64,000 bases of DNA from Candidatus Micrarchaeota archaeon (GTDB lineage: Archaea > Micrarchaeota > Micrarchaeia > Micrarchaeales > CABMGC01). Within the stretch, counting starts at the first letter, position 1, and every line of letters begins with the position of its first letter. The stretch is from positions 17,993 through 81,992 of the forward strand of contig JAJZKQ010000001.1 of NCBI GenBank assembly GCA_021804095.1, read 5' to 3'. This document shows, one piece after another, positions 60,304-64,000 of the stretch. The notes beneath the pieces were generated by a model. That model was not told the DNA's origin. It worked only from the letters and a program-made list of their open reading frames with translations, and searched no databases. The position numbers and the translations under genes are program-made.

Positions 60304-63066
60304 ATGCCAGACATATACCAATTATTCCTTGGAAAATTCACTACGTTTACAGAAATACAGAAGCTAGCAATTCCAATAATAAAAGAAGGGAAGAACTGCA
60401 TAATATCTGCCCCTACAGGCAACGGAAAAACCGAAGCCGCGCTTCTTCCCATCCTTGAAAACTTAGGGAACAGGAGAGAAGACCCAGGTATACGTGCAAT
60501 ATATGTTACACCGCTCAGAGCATTGAACAGAGACCTTGAGAAAAGACTAGTCTGGTTATGCGGAGAGATGGGAATAACCATGGCATCAAGGCATGGAGAC
60601 ACCCCAACATCAGAACGGTCAAAACAAGCTTCGTCTCCTCCAAGCCTTATGATAACCACACCAGAAACATTACAAAATCTTTTTTTCTCGCCCAGGCTGC
60701 GATCATCACTAAAGAACATAAAGACGGTTATAATAGATGAGATGCATGAACTATACTACAACAAACGCGGAGCGCAGCTGGCTGTTGCATTAGAACGCAT
60801 AGAAGAAATTTCAGGACCATTCCAACGCATAGGAATAAGTGCAACAATAGGGGATCCTGGAAAGGTATCCTCTTTCCTTTTCGGAAAGCGACAATTCGAA
60901 ATAATAAAAGTCAAGACACCAAAAAAACTCTCCATCAGAATAGAAATGCCTGGAATTCCACAGCGCCCCCATCCGGAATTTGTACAGGCATTCTCATTAG
61001 ATGACAAATCACTTGCCAGGATTGAGAGAATCTCAGACCTGATAAAGACATCAGGAGCCTCAATAGTCTTTGCGAATACGCGACAGGCAGTGGAATCTCT
61101 CGGCAGCAAGCTAATATACCTGAACAGGCTGGAAGGCACCAATTCGATAGGAATACATCACAGTTCTCTCGACAAGCAGGAACGAATTGAAATAGAAAAC
61201 ACATTCAAGGAAGGCAAATTAAACGCAATAATAGCAACGAGCTCACTAGAATTGGGGATAGATATAGGCCGTGTAGATCATGTAATACAATACGGTTCGC
61301 CAAAACAACCTGACAGGCTAATACAGAGAATGGGCAGGGGAGGACACCGGGAAGGAGAAACATCAAAAGGACACATAATTGTATCCAGTATCCTGGAGGC
61401 AGCAGAATCGGCTTCAGTCACGATTGCTGCAGAATCAGGAATCTTAGAGAACAAAAACATAGAAGTCTGCCCATACGATGTAATGATAAACCAGATAACC
61501 GCGATGGTGCTGGAGCATGGGAAGATAAAAACAGAAGACATCAAGCGAATACTTTTAAGGACATCAAACTTTTCCGATCTAAAAGATCAAAAATTCGAAG
61601 AAGCGCTGAAACTCGGAGAAGAACTCGGCCTGTTCAATTCAAAGGAGGGAGTGCTCTCGGTCTCATCAAGAACAAGAAAATATTTTTACGGCAACATAAG
61701 CGTAATTCCTGACTCACCGCGATTTTTTGTAAGAGAAGCCATAAAAAACCGCATAATTTCTACACTGGATGAAAAATTCGTACACAGCTATCTTGACCTA
61801 AACAGCACTTTTATAACAAAAGGAACTCCGTGGAAGGTTATAAACATAGAAGAAAATACGATCTTTGTAGAACAGTCACAGGATCTCGAATCGGCAATTC
61901 CTGACTGGGAGGGGGAGGACATTCCCGTTTCACAGGAGATAGCAAGAAAAACCATGGGCATTCTCAACGACCCTTCCGAAATTTCAAACAAACTGGACAA
62001 GAACACATTCAAGGATCTCCGTGACTTTTCAGAAAGACACAGAAAAGATTTCCTATACGAAGAAGAAAACATAACAATAGAAGAGCTTGAAGATTATGTC
62101 ATCATATACCTTCCTTTAGGAAAACTCGCCAACGAGTACCTTGCCAGAACAATATCTGGTCTAGTAGCAGCATCAGTACACGACAGAGCCTATGTAAAAT
62201 CTACACCGTATGTGATACTCATAGATTGCAGGCAACTTATGAAAATCCCAAACATGCAGAAAGTATTCAACACACTAATTAACATCGATTCGGAAACCAT
62301 GAAATCATTCATAGAAAAATCGGAACTTTTCAGATACAAATTCATACAAATTGCAAAACTTTCCGGAATCATAGACAAAAAAGCGGCAATAACAAAGAAT
62401 GTAGCCAACAGGATTTCCGAATTCTACAAAGACACTCTAATATACGAAGAAACAATGAGAGACCTTGAGAAAAATTACCTGGATTCGCATACTGTAGGAA
62501 TTTTTCTAGAAAAAATCCGAAAAGGCAAGATAACATTTAAGACAAGAACATCAGAATCCCCTCTTACAAGAGAGATACTCTCACAGGCGCTGAATTACAG
62601 GGAATTCCTATCTGCCATCACTCCTGGCACAGAGGAAATAAAAGCCTTCGAAGAAAAATTCAAGGCAAAAGAGGTAGTAATGTTATGTACTTTCTGTTCA
62701 CTCCAATTCAGCCACAAGATAGACCTTTCAAATAATACAAAACTAAAATGCAAGAGATGCGGAAGCCCCATGCTCTCCATATATGAAGAAGCATATGATG
62801 CGGTGTTGAAGAAAAAACAAGAAGGCAAAAAACTTTCATCGGCAGAACGCCAGGCATATTCTAACGCGATTGCTGAAACCGGCATGATAAGCGCATATGG
62901 CGACAGGGCCATCGTGGCTCTTCTGACATATGGTGTGGGCACAGTAACAGCTTCAAGGTTACTCAGAATGATAAGGCCAGACAAAGACAAATTCATAAAA
63001 GACCTTATAGAAGCCCAGAAGACCTTCATAAAGAACAGCAAATTCTGGAAAACTACCGGAAAATAA
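60304..63066 (+). CDS. lhr: Lhr-type large superfamily-2 helicase with C-terminal zinc-ribbon
   Basis: 920 aa. Motifs I APTGNGKTEAA, II IIDEMHE, III ISATIG and VI QRMGRGGHRE, with a C-terminal CTFCS...CKRCGSP. Confidence 0.8.
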   Translation: MPDIYQLFLGKFTTFTEIQKLAIPIIKEGKNCIISAPTGNGKTEAALLPILENLGNRREDPGIRAIYVTPLRALNRDLEKRLVWLCGEMGITMASRHGDTPTSERSKQASSPPSLMITTPETLQNLFFSPRLRSSLKNIKTVIIDEMHELYYNKRGAQLAVALERIEEISGPFQRIGISATIGDPGKVSSFLFGKRQFEIIKVKTPKKLSIRIEMPGIPQRPHPEFVQAFSLDDKSLARIERISDLIKTSGASIVFANTRQAVESLGSKLIYLNRLEGTNSIGIHHSSLDKQERIEIENTFKEGKLNAIIATSSLELGIDIGRVDHVIQYGSPKQPDRLIQRMGRGGHREGETSKGHIIVSSILEAAESASVTIAAESGILENKNIEVCPYDVMINQITAMVLEHGKIKTEDIKRILLRTSNFSDLKDQKFEEALKLGEELGLFNSKEGVLSVSSRTRKYFYGNISVIPDSPRFFVREAIKNRIISTLDEKFVHSYLDLNSTFITKGTPWKVINIEENTIFVEQSQDLESAIPDWEGEDIPVSQEIARKTMGILNDPSEISNKLDKNTFKDLRDFSERHRKDFLYEEENITIEELEDYVIIYLPLGKLANEYLARTISGLVAASVHDRAYVKSTPYVILIDCRQLMKIPNMQKVFNTLINIDSETMKSFIEKSELFRYKFIQIAKLSGIIDKKAAITKNVANRISEFYKDTLIYEETMRDLEKNYLDSHTVGIFLEKIRKGKITFKTRTSESPLTREILSQALNYREFLSAITPGTEEIKAFEEKFKAKEVVMLCTFCSLQFSHKIDLSNNTKLKCKRCGSPMLSIYEEAYDAVLKKKQEGKKLSSAERQAYSNAIAETGMISAYGDRAIVALLTYGVGTVTASRLLRMIRPDKDKFIKDLIEAQKTFIKNSKFWKTTGK

Positions 63067-63078
63067 GATAAGAAAATA

Positions 63079-64000
63079 TCAACCGCTTACCCCTTCTGAG
63101 TTGTCTATATGTTCATCATGTTCAGATTGGCTGGATCCATCCTCAGAACGCAGTTCATCAAAGAGCATCGCGTCAGACACTACTGCTCCTTCTGACATTC
63201 TCATAAGCCTCACTCCACTTGCGCTTCTGCCTGTGATCCTTATGGACGATATGGGTATGGTTATGCTCTTTCCTTTGGTGTTTATGAGCGCCAGGTGTTT
63301 CTCTCCTCTAAGGAACATGCATCTGGAAACGCTCCCGGTTTTTGAGTTTATTTTCATATTTCTTACTCCCTTCCCTCCTCTCGATTGAAGCCTATACTCT
63401 TCTACCGGTGTTATCTTCCCGAAACCGTTAATTGTTATTGCAAGTATGCTGCCTTCCTCATTAGCAGGAAGTATATTTACCGGTTCATCATTAACCATCC
63501 TGATTCCACGTACTCCCATTGACATCCTCCCTGTAAACCTTAACGATTCCTGATCGAATTTTATCGCCTTGCCATTTTTAGTAACTATTATCAGGTATTT
63601 TTCATTTTGATATACTACAGCATCTGCTATCTCGTCTCCTTCTCCGAGAGTAAGTGCTCTTATTCCAGAAGACCTTGGATGGGAAAAGAGCTCTCCACGC
63701 ATCTTCTTGACCATCCCTTTCTTGGTGAGGAAGACGATCTTAGAATCTGAAAACTGTTTTATGTTAAGAAGCCCTACTATCTTCTCATTCTCCAGGTTTA
63801 GCAGGTTAACTATTGCCCTCCCTTCCGAATATCTGCTGCTCTCAGGTATCAGATAGGCTTTAAGCCAATATACCCTTCCGGTGTTGGATATACATACTAC
63901 GTAATCCTTGTTATTGCAGTTAATCATCTGCCTTACGCTGTCCCCTTCCTTCAGATTTATGGATATCATGCCTTTTCCTCCACGGGACTGTTCTTTGTAG
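63079..64000 (-). CDS. gyrA: DNA gyrase subunit A, C-terminal domain (5' part beyond right edge)
   Basis: The frame is open to base 64000, reading ...YKEQSRGGKGMISINLKEGD. Repeated beta-pinwheel blades carry the GyrA-box-like QSRGGKG. Acidic tail SEDGSSQSEHDEHIDNSEG. Confidence 0.85.
   Translation of the reverse strand, partial: YKEQSRGGKGMISINLKEGDSVRQMINCNNKDYVVCISNTGRVYWLKAYLIPESSRYSEGRAIVNLLNLENEKIVGLLNIKQFSDSKIVFLTKKGMVKKMRGELFSHPRSSGIRALTLGEGDEIADAVVYQNEKYLIIVTKNGKAIKFDQESLRFTGRMSMGVRGIRMVNDEPVNILPANEEGSILAITINGFGKITPVEEYRLQSRGGKGVRNMKINSKTGSVSRCMFLRGEKHLALINTKGKSITIPISSIRITGRSASGVRLMRMSEGAVVSDAMLFDELRSEDGSSQSEHDEHIDNSEGVSG

Noticed and set aside
1-64000. rRNA genes, CRISPR arrays, transposase/IS elements
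   Set aside because: I found no 16S/23S/5S signature stretches (for example the CCGAAC-type 5S core), no repeat-spacer arrays, and no transposase-like ORF or terminal inverted repeats. The only recombinase is the tyrosine integrase at 8876..9631.

Overview
AT-rich, very gene-dense archaeal chromosome segment. I call about 85 protein genes (many overlapping by 1-40 nt) and 5 tRNAs, and found no rRNA or CRISPR array. Archaeal identity rests on RadA, Orc1/Cdc6, GINS, TFE, RpoD/RpoN, the L18e-L13-S9-RpoN-S2 cluster, L44e, aIF2-alpha, Kae1+Bud32, an Sm protein, RNase P proteins Rpp30/Pop5, aCPSF2, diphthine synthase and a tRNA splicing endonuclease. A gyrA 3' part runs off the right edge. The small compact genes, acid/metal-related cargo, T-loop tRNA insertions and a large multi-unit EndA recall ARMAN-type Micrarchaeota (DPANN) or Thermoplasmata-associated archaea. 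I cannot verify the organism without a database search. The core content is nucleotide metabolism (tmk, dCMP deaminase, dcd, double-length thyX, pyrF, pyrE, prs, rpiB, folA), ADP-forming acetyl-CoA synthetase, translation/transcription factors, and type IV pilin-like proteins plus a prepilin peptidase. The accessory content sits at about 2.8-9.8 kb beside tRNA-Glu. It comprises a tyrosine integrase, a RelE-like toxin pair, an HxlR/Rdx pair, a restriction-enzyme-like gene remnant, a DtxR-regulated metal transporter, and a four-gene ArsR-MerA operon whose transport part is non-canonical. The main second-look items are: (1) the mer-like operon with a TM-embedded Cys-Cys membrane protein and an anchored thioredoxin-fold CxxC protein in place of MerT/MerP; (2) two tRNAs with 18-nt and 33-nt insertions in the T-loop, in the same window as a 386-aa multi-unit splicing endonuclease; (3) a perfect 348-bp tandem duplication covering the promoter and first 71 codons of a membrane-protein gene; (4) a perfect 12-bp inverted ORB-like repeat flanking an AT-rich spacer next to the GINS gene, a candidate replication origin; (5) a 5.7-kb block (57.4-63.1 kb) with distinct synonymous codon choice; (6) several GC-rich or repeat-bearing gene-free spacers that could hold ncRNAs. 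All functional calls come from motif recognition by eye, and no searches were run.
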